Virus record (IMG/VR): IMGVR_UViG_3300037722_000645 | Location: 1-47,821 of that record | DNA from: a virus | Lineage: Duplodnaviria > Caudoviricetes | Reading direction: 5' to 3' (one strand) | DNA: 47,821 bases | In this document: positions 17,090 through 26,588 of the stretch, piece after piece | Layout: every line of letters begins with the position of its first letter | Numbering within the stretch: position 1 is the first letter of the stretch | Program-made: the position numbers and the translations under genes | The notes under the pieces: model-generated | The model's input: the letters and a program-made list of their open reading frames with translations, nothing else | Databases searched by the model: none | What the model was told of the DNA's origin: nothing

Positions 17090-17330
17090 TGTAGCGCTCA
17101 GATCAGCAGAGCGGCCAGCGCAACAAAGTTACCACTGGACATGGCTCGGGCTGCCCCTGCTCGCCGGCGTCGTGGTCGTGCTGGCGGTGGGTTTCGTCGC
17201 GTGGTGGGCGCTGGCGCCGCTGCTGGTCGGGACCGCGCTCGGCTGCCTGTGGTTCCGCGCGGTGGCCATCGTGAACGGGAGGGCACCCATGCGAGACACG
17301 CGCCGCAGCCGGCCCAGGATGGTGAAGTGA
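17076..17330 (+). CDS. Small membrane protein
   Basis: Long hydrophobic stretch, basic C-terminus. Confidence 0.55.
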   Translation: MAMVDVALRSAERPAQQSYHWTWLGLPLLAGVVVVLAVGFVAWWALAPLLVGTALGCLWFRAVAIVNGRAPMRDTRRSRPRMVK

Positions 17331-17343
17331 TGGGGAGGCGAGA

Positions 17344-17604
17344 GTGAGCGAGGCCCGCACCCTCAAGGATCTTCGCGCCGTCTCGATGCGTGATGTGCCG
17401 TACTCGGCTTACTGCCAAGTCTGCTGGCACAATGTCTATTGCCTCTGGGTTGCCGAAGAGCCGCACAACGGCGAGTGCATCAACGGTCACATTGAAGCGC
17501 GTCAGTGCATCGAGGCCCGGAACCGTGATTTCAACAGCCTGCAGATGCGGCGAGCGCGAAACGGCGAGCCGCCAATGCGTCTCGAAGATTGGGGGCTGGC
17601 ATGA
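17344..17604 (+). CDS. Small Cys-containing hypothetical protein
   Basis: GGAGG RBS; CQVC. Confidence 0.6.
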   Translation: MSEARTLKDLRAVSMRDVPYSAYCQVCWHNVYCLWVAEEPHNGECINGHIEARQCIEARNRDFNSLQMRRARNGEPPMRLEDWGLA

Positions 17605-17849
17605 CCCTCCCCATCCTCACCCTCATTGGTGCCGCCGTGACAGCCTGGGCCTGCTATGAGCTTGGCAAGCGCCGCGAGCGCGACAGGTGGCATGCCCGTG
17701 TTGATGAGGAGCGAGCGCGGATGAGCCCGCCTGCCGAGCATTGGGCCTCGGGCGCAACAGTCTACTGCCACGACAACGAATACCCGGCCGTATCCCGGCG
17801 CAGCCCGAAGGCGGCGAACGTGGTGAAGCTGAGGGGGAGGGGGCTGTGA
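17601..17849 (+). CDS. Hypothetical protein with N-terminal TM segment
   Basis: ATGA overlap, MTLPILTLIGAAVTAWAC. Confidence 0.55.
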   Translation: MTLPILTLIGAAVTAWACYELGKRRERDRWHARVDEERARMSPPAEHWASGATVYCHDNEYPAVSRRSPKAANVVKLRGRGL

Positions 17850-18211
17850 TGCCCAAGCGCATTCAGCGCAAGCGAGCGAAGGGCTGGCGCATGCCAGACG
17901 GTGCGGTCTACGTCGGCCGGCCCGGCGCGTTCGGGAATTACTGGTCTTCGCTTGGCCATTCAAACGAAGAGGCGGTTCGGCTTTATCGCCTGTGGTTGAG
18001 CGGCGTCAGCACCCGGCGCGCGCTTGCGAGCCTCTACGGCAGCCTGCCGATCGAAGCGGTTGAAGCACTCCACGAAATGCGAGCGGTAGTGCTAGCCCGC
18101 CTGCCCGAATTGCGCGGCAAAGACCTCGCCTGCTGGTGCCGTCCCGGCCAGCCCTGTCACGCCGACGTGTTGCTCGAATTGGCGAATGCGCGAAGCGAGT
18201 CCGCCGCATGA
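17849..18211 (+). CDS. DUF4326 family protein
   Basis: MPKRIQRKR.KGWRMP.GAVYVGRP..GN and LRGKDLACWC....CHADVLLELAN. Confidence 0.9.
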   Translation: MPKRIQRKRAKGWRMPDGAVYVGRPGAFGNYWSSLGHSNEEAVRLYRLWLSGVSTRRALASLYGSLPIEAVEALHEMRAVVLARLPELRGKDLACWCRPGQPCHADVLLELANARSESAA

Positions 18212-18597
18212 ACTCCCAACCCAATGCAGCGCACGGCCCCGGCGCGCATGGCCCGCGAGGGCCGCTTTGGGGCAACGTCTCCCCAGACGTTTGGACTCCC
18301 TCCCTGAAACTGGCCGGCTCCCGCTCTGCGCAATGCAACGGCGGGGCCGGCCGCTTTGTTCTCATTCGCTGTTTCGGTGGACGGCGCGGCGCACTTGGAA
18401 AGCGGCCCCGGCCAAGCGCTTGGCTGCCTCGGGGCGCAGCTACCGCCGCGCCGTCTGCCCAAGCAGCGTCCCGGCCCCCCAGTGCCGGGTGCGACGGTGT
18501 TCATCTCCCGCCGTCGCAAGCGGCAGAGCGTGTCGGCTTCAGCCTCCCCTGTGCCGGCCGCTCTGCCGTTTCAACTTCTGTGGATTGAGGTAGGCCA

Positions 18598-18855
18598 GTG
18601 ACGCTTCCTCCGATTCGACCCGCCGCAGAGATAGCCGACGCTTGGGCACATTGGTGCGGCGAGAACCGCTGGACCAAGGCGCTGCGGGAATTCCATGACC
18701 TAGGCGGACTCGTGCGCTGGTGGTGCGGCTATCCGCAGAGCGCCAGCGCGATTCCATTGACCTTCGAGCTTTTCCGCGCGGACGGCACTGCGCTAGCCAG
18801 CGAGCATCGACTCAAGGACATCCGCGCCGCCATCGTCGCGGCAAGCGAGAGGTAG
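18598..18855 (+). CDS. Hypothetical phage protein
   Basis: GAGGT RBS before GTG. Confidence 0.55.
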   Translation: MTLPPIRPAAEIADAWAHWCGENRWTKALREFHDLGGLVRWWCGYPQSASAIPLTFELFRADGTALASEHRLKDIRAAIVAASER

Positions 18856-18859
18856 GGCA

Positions 18860-19159
18860 ATGAACTTCCAAGTTATCGGCGACGAAATTCAATTCGACGG
18901 CTACAGAGCCGCGACGTTTCGCGACGATCTGCCGGCAAGCGTGCGCGACCAGATCAACTGCCTAATCGAAACATATCCCCATCCGGACGACGCGGAAACC
19001 GTTGATGATCTCCGAACAGAGCGGGCCGATCTGGAGCAAAACCTTTCGTCCGTCGAGCGCGAGCTAGAAGAGGCGCGCGAAGAAATCAGCGATCTTGAGC
19101 GCGAGAACAAGGAACTCAAGGCTCTCCTGGAAACCAATGACATCGCGGTGCCGGCATGA
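18860..19159 (+). CDS. Acidic coiled-coil protein
   Basis: Heptad-rich C-terminal half; ATGA coupled to dnaN. Confidence 0.7.
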   Translation: MNFQVIGDEIQFDGYRAATFRDDLPASVRDQINCLIETYPHPDDAETVDDLRTERADLEQNLSSVERELEEAREEISDLERENKELKALLETNDIAVPA

Positions 19160-20292
19160 AACTCACTGTCGAACGCGATGCTCTGTTCGCCGCCCTGTCG
19201 CGGGCACGCAAGGCCGCCGCGTCTAAGTCATCCATCCCTATTCTAACCATGTTGCGGCTGGACGCAAACGAAGATGGGCTAACGATCCGCGCGACCAACA
19301 TGGAAATCGCCTATCGGGAAACTGTCGCGGCGAATATTGAAACGCCGGGTGCCGTCTGCGCTGGCGTGCAGCAATTGTACAGCATCGCGTCGAATGCAGA
19401 AGCTGGCTCACAGATCGAGATGGCCATGAAGGAAAGCCAGCTTCATGTGGCGGCAGGTAAGGCGCGGTTCAGGCTCGCGACCAAGCCCATTGAGGATTTC
19501 CCTGCAATCCCGGATGTCGAGGGCTCGTCGGCGGAAGTTGACGCGGCGCCGTTTCTGGCCGCCCTGGCGCGCTGCTTGCCGGCGGCATCAAACGAAGAAA
19601 CCAGATACTACCTTTGCGGCGTCCACCTGAATGAAACCAGCGCGGGTCTGGATGTGGTCGCATGCGATGGCGTGGTCTTGATCCGCGTCTCAATACCAAT
19701 GCCGAAGGGGTTAAGCCTGGGGGAAAACGGGGTAATCGTGCCGCGCGGAACCATGCCGGCCGCAGCGGAGATATTTGGCTCCGCCGAGCTTTTGTCCGTC
19801 ACGGTTTCTGAAAGCGGGCTCGCCTTGGCCATGGATGGCCGTTACCTCAGAAGCAGGCTTAAGGATGGCGCGTTTCCCAACTATGAGCGCGTTATCCCGA
19901 ATCCGGTGTTCAGCATCACCGTCGATGTGGCCGAGCTGAGGGCGGCTGTGAACCGGCTGCGCGACTTTGGCGATGCAGACAGCTCTTGGGGTGGATTTCA
20001 TCTTGGGCTGCGACTCGACGGCGACCGCCTGAAATTGCTGGCCAGGGGGCGTGACGGACAAATGGGCCGCGATGAAATCGCCGTCGAAGGCGCTGGGCGC
20101 AAGTTCGATATCGGCATGAACGGAAAGCAGTTGCTGACCATGCTGGCCGCCATAGGAAGCGAAACGGCGTCGCTCGGGTTTACCAGCATGGAAACCAATG
20201 TGCTGTTTTCCAGCACGACGGACAAAGCCTTCACGGGCGCCATTTGGCCCATCCGCTACGAGTTCGCCTCGATTGACCGTGAGGCCGCATGA
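19156..20292 (+). CDS. dnaN: DNA polymerase III beta sliding clamp homolog
   Basis: 378 aa; IPIL, ATNME, EDFP, ASNEETRYYLCGV, VACDG, VIVPR, GAFPNYERVIP motifs. Confidence 0.92.
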   Translation: MKLTVERDALFAALSRARKAAASKSSIPILTMLRLDANEDGLTIRATNMEIAYRETVAANIETPGAVCAGVQQLYSIASNAEAGSQIEMAMKESQLHVAAGKARFRLATKPIEDFPAIPDVEGSSAEVDAAPFLAALARCLPAASNEETRYYLCGVHLNETSAGLDVVACDGVVLIRVSIPMPKGLSLGENGVIVPRGTMPAAAEIFGSAELLSVTVSESGLALAMDGRYLRSRLKDGAFPNYERVIPNPVFSITVDVAELRAAVNRLRDFGDADSSWGGFHLGLRLDGDRLKLLARGRDGQMGRDEIAVEGAGRKFDIGMNGKQLLTMLAAIGSETASLGFTSMETNVLFSSTTDKAFTGAIWPIRYEFASIDREAA

Positions 20293-20741
20293 AGCCAGCC
20301 AAGGGCATGCGCGGGAAGTTGGACAAGCTGTTCTCCGAGCTAGTCAGAGAGCGCGCCAACTGGACGTGCGAGGCATGCGGGAAGCAGTACAAGCAAGAGG
20401 ACCGCATGGGACTGCACTGCAGTCATTTCTTTTCACGACGATACACCGCGACACGCTGGCACCCGGATAATGCAGCGTCGCATTGCTTCGGCTGCCACCA
20501 GAGACTAGGCAGTAACCCTATCGAATTTTCCCAATGGATACAAGAGCATATTGGCCAACAGGCCGTTGATGAATTGGCCCGGCTGCGAAACATGCTCCCG
20601 CGCTGGCGTGACCCTCAGTACCGCGACCTTCTCGACCACCTGCGAATCGAACTGGACATGATGCGCGCCAAACGGACGAACGGCGAAGCAGGCAGAATCG
20701 AGTTCATGGCGTGGAAAGGCAATGTGGAGTTGGCAGCATGA
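20289..20741 (+). CDS. NinG/Rap-like HNH recombination nuclease
   Basis: LDKLFSELVRER..CEACG...CSHFFSRR...TRW...N....C.GCH. Confidence 0.85.
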   Translation: MKPAKGMRGKLDKLFSELVRERANWTCEACGKQYKQEDRMGLHCSHFFSRRYTATRWHPDNAASHCFGCHQRLGSNPIEFSQWIQEHIGQQAVDELARLRNMLPRWRDPQYRDLLDHLRIELDMMRAKRTNGEAGRIEFMAWKGNVELAA

Positions 20742-20868
20742 AGAAGAAGGAGCAGCCGAAGAAACCCGCCAAGCCCATATCCGCCCACAACGGCCGCGTC
20801 ATTCCGTCCCGGCCCTTTAAGCGCCCGCCCTACGAATCGCCATGGCCCAGGGCGACGGAGCGGCAGGA

Positions 20869-21090
20869 ATGAGCGCAGCCGACACCATCCTGGCCCAAGC
20901 CCGCGAACTTGCCGCGCATACGGGCATCGAGTCCGACGTGATTCTGTCCCGCTGGTGCGAGGCCCTGGCGCGTTCTCAGTCAGCCGGCTACGCGCGTGCC
21001 GGATTCCGTGGCGAGGCCGGCGGTGAGTATGCCGGGCCGGCGAAGCGCAAGCAGGCGCACCACGAAACGCTGCTGGAGGGCGAGAGGTAA
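20869..21090 (+). CDS. Hypothetical phage protein
   Basis: Start MSAAD (20869). Confidence 0.55.
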   Translation: MSAADTILAQARELAAHTGIESDVILSRWCEALARSQSAGYARAGFRGEAGGEYAGPAKRKQAHHETLLEGER

Positions 21091-21268
21091 TGTACACGCC
21101 AGTCCCTGGATTTGAGGAGCTGCAAGCGGAGTTCCATGACGCTTTACCGGGGCTAGTCAATGGCGCGCCTGACTGGACCGACAGACCGATGAATGTGAAT
21201 AGCGTGAAAGAAGAGGAACCCGGGGACAACTCAAACCAACAAGTACGCACTGTTGTAAAGTAGCCGAC

Positions 21269-21484
21269 ATGCCAGATCATACCTCCCTTGACCGCGCTTT
21301 CCTGCAGCAGCGGCTCGAAGTCGTTCAGGCCGTGCTAGGCATGGCCGAGCGCTGCCACATGGCCGGGATCAGCGAGACGACGCTCAAGGCCGCCCTGGTG
21401 GCGCAGCGGAGCCCCGACGTCTGCCTGCTGGCCGATGAGGAAGCCGAGGGGCTGATCGAGCGGCTGCGGCTCAGGGAAAGCTGA
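21269..21484 (+). CDS. Hypothetical phage protein
   Basis: 71 aa just upstream of the primase module. Confidence 0.55.
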   Translation: MPDHTSLDRAFLQQRLEVVQAVLGMAERCHMAGISETTLKAALVAQRSPDVCLLADEEAEGLIERLRLRES

Positions 21485-21493
21485 TGGTGATCC

Positions 21494-21799
21494 ATGGCGA
21501 CAATCTCAGACCTCTTGGACCGGCACGGCATCCGGCTGAGCAGCCGCGGGCCGGGCAACCACAAATGCCGGTGCCCCCGATGCAGCGACCAGAGAAAGAA
21601 CAAGCGCGATCCCTGCCTGTCGGTGCGGGTCGATGCCGAGGGTATCGTTTTCAAGTGCCACCACTGCGGGTGGTCTGGCGGGGAGAAGCTTGATGACCGG
21701 CCTGAGCGACAAGCACCTCAAGCTGATCGAAAACCGCGGTCTCGACCCCGAAACCGCATCGCGTCTTGGCGTCGAGACCTGCGAGGGAAAGCGCTCTAA
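21494..21799 (+). CDS. Stand-alone primase zinc-binding domain (Twinkle/T7 gp4 type)
   Basis: CPRCSDQRKNKRDPCLSV...KCHHCGWSG. Confidence 0.8.
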   Translation: MATISDLLDRHGIRLSSRGPGNHKCRCPRCSDQRKNKRDPCLSVRVDAEGIVFKCHHCGWSGGEKLDDRPERQAPQADRKPRSRPRNRIASWRRDLRGKAL

Positions 21800-23156
21800 C
21801 CTCATCCGCATCCCGTACCTGGTCGGCTCCGAGGTCGTCAACGTCAAGTATCGCTCCCTCGACGGCGAGAAGATATTCTTTCAGGAACAAGACGGCCGGA
21901 AGTGTTTCTACAACATGAATGTAATAACCGACGCCTCGCTGGCCGACCTGCCGCTGGTCATCACCGAGGGCGAGCCGGACTGCTGGGCAGCCATCGAGTC
22001 CGGCTTCCCGAGAACCGTGAGCGTACCCGACGGGGCGCCCGCGGAAGCCCTTGGCGAAGACGACCGTGGCGCGAAATACTCCTACGTCCGCGACGCGGAA
22101 CCGGCGATGCGCGACATCAGGGAGATCATTCTCGCCACCGACGGCGACGGCCCCGGCATCAACCTGATGAACGATCTGGCGCTCAGGCTCGGCAAGGCCC
22201 GCTGCAAGTGGCTCGACTACCCGCTGAAGGCCAAGGGCTCGAGCGAGAAGTGCAAGGATCTGAACGAGGTCAAGCAGCGCTACGGCGCGGCGGGCGTGCA
22301 GAAAACCATCGGCAAGGCCCGCTGGGTCGAGGTCGACGGCGTTTATCGGATGTCGGAGCTGCCGCCGATCGTGCCGCGCCAGGCGCTGGATTGCGGCATG
22401 CCGGAACTTGGCCGGCATTACAAGCTCCGCCTCGGCGATTTCGTCGTGGTGACCGGAGTGCCCAATCATGGCAAGAGCGTGTTCGTTGACGACGTCTGCT
22501 GCCGCATGGTCGTCGAGCACGGCTGGGATGTCGCCTTCGCCAGCTTCGAGACGCCGCCTCAGGACGACCACCGAGACGCGCTGCTGACATGGTATTGGCA
22601 GAAGCAGCCGGCCTATCAGCGGCCTGAGGAGGTATGCGAGGCCGACCAGTGGATCGACCGGCATTTCAGCTTCGTCTGCCCCTCGGACGATGACGACGTG
22701 ACCGTGCAATGGCTGCTTAAAAAACTGGCCGCCTCGGTGATTCGCCACGGCAGCCGCATCGTCGTCGTGGATCCCTGGAACGAAATGGATCACATCCGGC
22801 CCGACTTCGTGAGCCGCGAAGAGTACACCGGCATCGCGATCAAGGAGTTCCGCCGCTTCGCTCGCAAGTACCAGGTCCACTTCATCGTCGTCGCCCATCC
22901 GACCAAGCTGCCACGCGAGAAAGACGGCAAGCTGCCGATACCGAGCCTGTACGACATCGCCGACGCTGCCCATTGGGCGAACAAGGCGGATGTCGGCGTA
23001 ATCGTGCATCGCTCTGGCGAAGGCAACGGCGCGACGATCAGGATCGCGAAGGTTCGGGCTCAGAAGGCGGTCGGCAAGCCTGGCGATGTAAAAACCATTT
23101 TCGATGACAGCCGTGGTCGGTTTGTCGTCGAGGACGACAGCGGGAGGCTGCTCTGA
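21693..23156 (+). CDS. TOPRIM primase + SF4 (DnaB/Twinkle-like) helicase
   Basis: NVKYR, VITEGEPD, SVPDGA, ILATDGDGPG, KDLNE; Walker A GVPNHGKS, VVDPWN, VAHPTK, NKAD. Confidence 0.93.
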   Translation: MTGLSDKHLKLIENRGLDPETASRLGVETCEGKRSNLIRIPYLVGSEVVNVKYRSLDGEKIFFQEQDGRKCFYNMNVITDASLADLPLVITEGEPDCWAAIESGFPRTVSVPDGAPAEALGEDDRGAKYSYVRDAEPAMRDIREIILATDGDGPGINLMNDLALRLGKARCKWLDYPLKAKGSSEKCKDLNEVKQRYGAAGVQKTIGKARWVEVDGVYRMSELPPIVPRQALDCGMPELGRHYKLRLGDFVVVTGVPNHGKSVFVDDVCCRMVVEHGWDVAFASFETPPQDDHRDALLTWYWQKQPAYQRPEEVCEADQWIDRHFSFVCPSDDDDVTVQWLLKKLAASVIRHGSRIVVVDPWNEMDHIRPDFVSREEYTGIAIKEFRRFARKYQVHFIVVAHPTKLPREKDGKLPIPSLYDIADAAHWANKADVGVIVHRSGEGNGATIRIAKVRAQKAVGKPGDVKTIFDDSRGRFVVEDDSGRLL

Positions 23157-24550
23157 TGGCGACCTATGAGCTACGCGACTATCAGCGTGAGGCCGTGGCG
23201 GCCGGCCTAGATGCGATCGAGCGCGGCCGAAACGGCATCCTCTCAATGCCCGCGGGGTCCGGCAAATCGCTGGTCATCGCCGGGATGGCCACGGCCATGG
23301 AAACCAACATCGTTGTCCTGCAGCCGACCAAGGAGATCCTGGAGCAGAACGCACGCAAGCTCTACGAGTTCGGCCACCGGGACATGGCGATCTGCTCCGC
23401 GTCTGTCGGGCAAAAGCGGCGCGCCCGGGTCACCTTCGCCACCATTGGCACAATCATCAACCGCATGGAGTGGTTCTCGGACACCGGGCTCGTGGTGGTC
23501 GACGAATGCCATCTGGTGAACGCCAAAGCGGGCCAGTACCGCGATTTCATCGAGGCCATCGGCAAGCCGGCGATCGGGTTGACGGCGACGCCCTACCGCA
23601 TGGCCACCGCGTTTGGGGGCGAGGTGGTCGAGGCGAAGTTCCTGCACCGGACGCGGCCGCGCGTCTTCAACAATATCAGCTATGTGGTGCAGAACGACGA
23701 GCTCCACCGGACCGGCTATCTGGTGCCGATCGTTTACGAGAAGAACGAGGATTACGACCCCTACCAGATCGCGCTCAAGTCGACCGGGCTCAACTACGAT
23801 GAGCGGGCCCTTGCCGCCTACAACGAGGAAAAGGGCATCTGCGAGAAGGTGGTGGCAACGGTGCTCGGCGCCCTGGATGATGCGCGCCACATCCTGGTTT
23901 TCGTGGCCGCCATCGCCGAATCGCAGGCGATCGAGGAGATGCTGGCCAGGGCCGGCGTCGCCGTCGCTCACGTCGACGGCACGACACCCAAGGCGGAGCG
24001 CGAGAGGATCCTGGCCGGCTTCCAGTCCGGCGCCATCAGGGTCGTGACCAACGTCGGCGTCTTGACCACCGGCTTCGACTTCCCCGCGCTTGACGTGGTG
24101 GTGCTGGGGCGGCCGACGATGAGCTTGCCGCTTTACTACCAGATGGTGGGCCGTGGCGTCCGCCGTTCGCCTGGCAAGGAGTTCTGCCGGGTGTTCGATC
24201 TCTGCGGCAATGTTGACCGCTTCGGGCGGCCCGATGAATACCGGGTCGAGGCCGACGACGGATACAAGTTCCGGCTCCGCTCCGGCGAGCGCTACCTGAC
24301 CGGGGTCAATTTCAGGAATGGCCGCGACCTGGAAAAGGCGCGCGACAAGGCGGCACGCCGGCACCAAGCACTTGCCGGCGCGACCGCCGACACCGTGACA
24401 TTCGGAAAGTACAGCGGCAACAAGGTCAGCGAGGTGCCAGTCGACTATCTCGCGTGGTGCGTCAAGAAGTTCGACGACGGCAAATGGAAGGACATCTTCA
24501 GCGAGGAGCTCCGGCGGCGCCAAGCCGCGGGGGTGAGCGCAGATGCGTGA
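23156..24550 (+). CDS. SF2 DExH helicase (RadD/YejH/UvsW-like) with C-terminal DUF3820-like domain
   Basis: LRDYQ, AGSGKS, DECH, LTATPYR, LTTGFDFP, QMVGRGVR; tail FGKY.G..V.EVP.DYL.W. Confidence 0.93.
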   Translation: MATYELRDYQREAVAAGLDAIERGRNGILSMPAGSGKSLVIAGMATAMETNIVVLQPTKEILEQNARKLYEFGHRDMAICSASVGQKRRARVTFATIGTIINRMEWFSDTGLVVVDECHLVNAKAGQYRDFIEAIGKPAIGLTATPYRMATAFGGEVVEAKFLHRTRPRVFNNISYVVQNDELHRTGYLVPIVYEKNEDYDPYQIALKSTGLNYDERALAAYNEEKGICEKVVATVLGALDDARHILVFVAAIAESQAIEEMLARAGVAVAHVDGTTPKAERERILAGFQSGAIRVVTNVGVLTTGFDFPALDVVVLGRPTMSLPLYYQMVGRGVRRSPGKEFCRVFDLCGNVDRFGRPDEYRVEADDGYKFRLRSGERYLTGVNFRNGRDLEKARDKAARRHQALAGATADTVTFGKYSGNKVSEVPVDYLAWCVKKFDDGKWKDIFSEELRRRQAAGVSADA

Positions 24551-25325
24551 TTATGGCAAGGTCAGGCTGTCGTTCTGGACCGACGACAAGATGCAGGAGC
24601 TGAGCGACCAGGGAAAGCTGTTGGCGCTCTACCTCCTGAGCGGGCCGCACAGCAACAGCATCGGCTGTTTTCGGCTGCCGGACGGCTACATCACGGACGA
24701 TCTCGGATGGGATCAGGAAACGGTTACCGAAACCCTATCGGAACTGTCTCGAAACGGTTTCCTATACCGTTGTTTGAGGACCCGCTGGGTGTTCATCAGC
24801 AACTACCTCAAGCACAACCCACCTGAAAACCCTAACGTTGGTAAGTCTATGGTGCCCCTAATTGAGGCGGTTCCACCTAAAAGCCCGTTCTACAAGGAGT
24901 TTTTAAACCGTATCGAAACCCTTTCCCATAGGTTCCCCGAACGGTTAGGGGAACGGTTGCGGCAGGGTATGCCTAATCCCGAGCCCGAGCCCGAGCCCGA
25001 ACCTATCTCTATCGCTCACCCGACCAACGGCTCCACCGGCGGCAAGGCAGAGCCGCTCGATCATGATTTCGAAGTCTGGTGGCAACTGGTGCCGCGCAAG
25101 GTCGGCAAAGGGCAGGCTCGCAAGGCCTACCGGGCCGCCCGCAAAAAGGCCGACGCAGAAACGCTGGAGACAGGCGTCAAGCACTTCGCTCAGGCATGCC
25201 GGGGCAAGGACGAGCAGTACATCGCGCATCCGGCAACTTGGCTCAACGGCGAGCGCTGGCTCGATGAGGCCGGAGCCTCTGGAGCAGCCGCCCAGCCAAT
25301 TGAGTACAAGCCGGGGATGCTGTGA
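24543..25325 (+). CDS. Phage replication initiator / replisome organiser
   Basis: YGKV...FWTD...LS..GKLL.LYLL..PH.N.IG.F.LP..YI..DLGW; EPEPEPEP linker; F..WW...PRKVGK..A and HPATWLNGERWLDE. Confidence 0.85.
   Translation: MRDYGKVRLSFWTDDKMQELSDQGKLLALYLLSGPHSNSIGCFRLPDGYITDDLGWDQETVTETLSELSRNGFLYRCLRTRWVFISNYLKHNPPENPNVGKSMVPLIEAVPPKSPFYKEFLNRIETLSHRFPERLGERLRQGMPNPEPEPEPEPISIAHPTNGSTGGKAEPLDHDFEVWWQLVPRKVGKGQARKAYRAARKKADAETLETGVKHFAQACRGKDEQYIAHPATWLNGERWLDEAGASGAAAQPIEYKPGML
24717..24970 (+). repeat. Iteron-like repeats inside the initiator gene (putative origin)
   Basis: GAAACGGTT (24717, 24751), GAAACCCT (24729, 24915), GAACGGTT (24939, 24951), spaced ~11-12 bp within two clusters. Confidence 0.65.
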
Positions 25326-25359
25326 TGTCCGGGCCGCCCCTCAACCCGGCGCTGACGCT

Positions 25360-25722
25360 GTGAGCGGCAAAGGCGCGCCCCTGGGCCCCAACTGGCCGGG
25401 CAGGCGCTGCGGCGCCCATGCCAGGCGGACCGGGCAGCCTTGCAAGAACCCAGCCATGCCCAACGGACGGTGCAGGATGCACGGCGGCACATGCACCGGG
25501 CCCAAGACGCCGGAAGGCAAGCTCCGCGTCCGGGTCGCCAGTTACAGGCACGGCAAGCGGACTGATCTTGCCATGGCCGTTCGGCAGCACCAGGCCGCAG
25601 AACGATGCAAGCAGCACCAGGCCAGCAAGATCGTGGGGCGGGCTAAAACCCGCGGGCTCCCCCAGCAGGCCGTTGCTGCGCCTCTGCCGAAGCCTCGCAA
25701 GCCTGGCTCTTCGGAGGACTGA
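25360..25722 (+). CDS. HGGxSTG-domain protein
   Basis: CGAHARRTGQPCKNPAMPNGRCRMHGGTCTGPKTPEGK; start uncertain (GTG 25360). Confidence 0.8.
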   Translation: MSGKGAPLGPNWPGRRCGAHARRTGQPCKNPAMPNGRCRMHGGTCTGPKTPEGKLRVRVASYRHGKRTDLAMAVRQHQAAERCKQHQASKIVGRAKTRGLPQQAVAAPLPKPRKPGSSED

Positions 25723-25975
25723 GCATGCGGATTTGCTCCCCACCTGTTACCCACGGCGCCAGCCAGCCTTGCCAAGCCGTTGATATCCCTCGGCTTCGTC
25801 TCTGCCAGCGTCTGACTGCCAAGAAGACGCGGCCAGGAATCGGCACCCCCGCCCCCTTCGTTTCGATGGGGGGTGTCGGTGGAGCGGTGCGTCAGGTTCG
25901 TATGCCCACGCCCTCGCGCCCGGCCCATCTCGGTTGCGGCAAAAACCCAAAAATCGGTTGCGAAAGGAAAATCTG

Positions 25976-26155
25976 ATGACGGTTTACAGATTTCGGCCTC
26001 TGCCGGACATCACGGCGTACGAGTTAGCGCTACTGATCGAGAAAACCACGTTCGCGGGGAGCAACCACGTCGGCGTGGTATTCGACAGCGCCCTAAGCAG
26101 CACGCCGCTGGCGCCCGAGCTTCACCGCCATTTTGTCCCCACGTCCGATGCCTGA
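25976..26155 (+). CDS. Hypothetical phage protein
   Basis: AAGGA RBS; MTVYRFRPLPDITAYELA. Confidence 0.6.
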   Translation: MTVYRFRPLPDITAYELALLIEKTTFAGSNHVGVVFDSALSSTPLAPELHRHFVPTSDA

Positions 26156-26588
26156 CCCCATCCGCATCACGATCGGCCGCCGGTTTTTGCACCAGGAGCG
26201 GGCGCCGAGCTTCGAGGCCTTGCTGGATGGCGAGGTTCTGTGCCGGTCGCAGTGTCCGGTCTACGAGGCGGCGCGGGTTCTGCTGGCTCGGGGGTATGGC
26301 CCTGAGCGGCTGATGACGGCGCGGCATGCGAGCCTCGACTACGACAGCATCAAGCCGGCTCGGATTGGGTATCTGGCACAGTGGGCGGTGGAGGAGAGCG
26401 GCGAGCGGGGGCTCCGGCTGCGGAAGTGGCGGCCCCACCCTCGAACCCAGGATGCCGTTTCCTTGCGGGCCTGGGCGATGCTGGAGCGCATGTTGACGGA
26501 TGGAAGCTATCCGCGGACACCGCGACCGCAACTCGCGTCTAGCCCCCAGGTAACCCCACCCGCCAAACTGGACCCCGCCGATGCCTGA
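26148..26588 (+). CDS. Hypothetical phage protein
   Basis: S..P..EAARVLLARG motif; overlaps neighbours. Confidence 0.65.
   Translation: MPDPIRITIGRRFLHQERAPSFEALLDGEVLCRSQCPVYEAARVLLARGYGPERLMTARHASLDYDSIKPARIGYLAQWAVEESGERGLRLRKWRPHPRTQDAVSLRAWAMLERMLTDGSYPRTPRPQLASSPQVTPPAKLDPADA

Noticed and set aside
24978-25002. CCCGAG hexamer tandem as a contingency repeat
   Set aside because: In-frame EPEPEP linker typical of phage initiators
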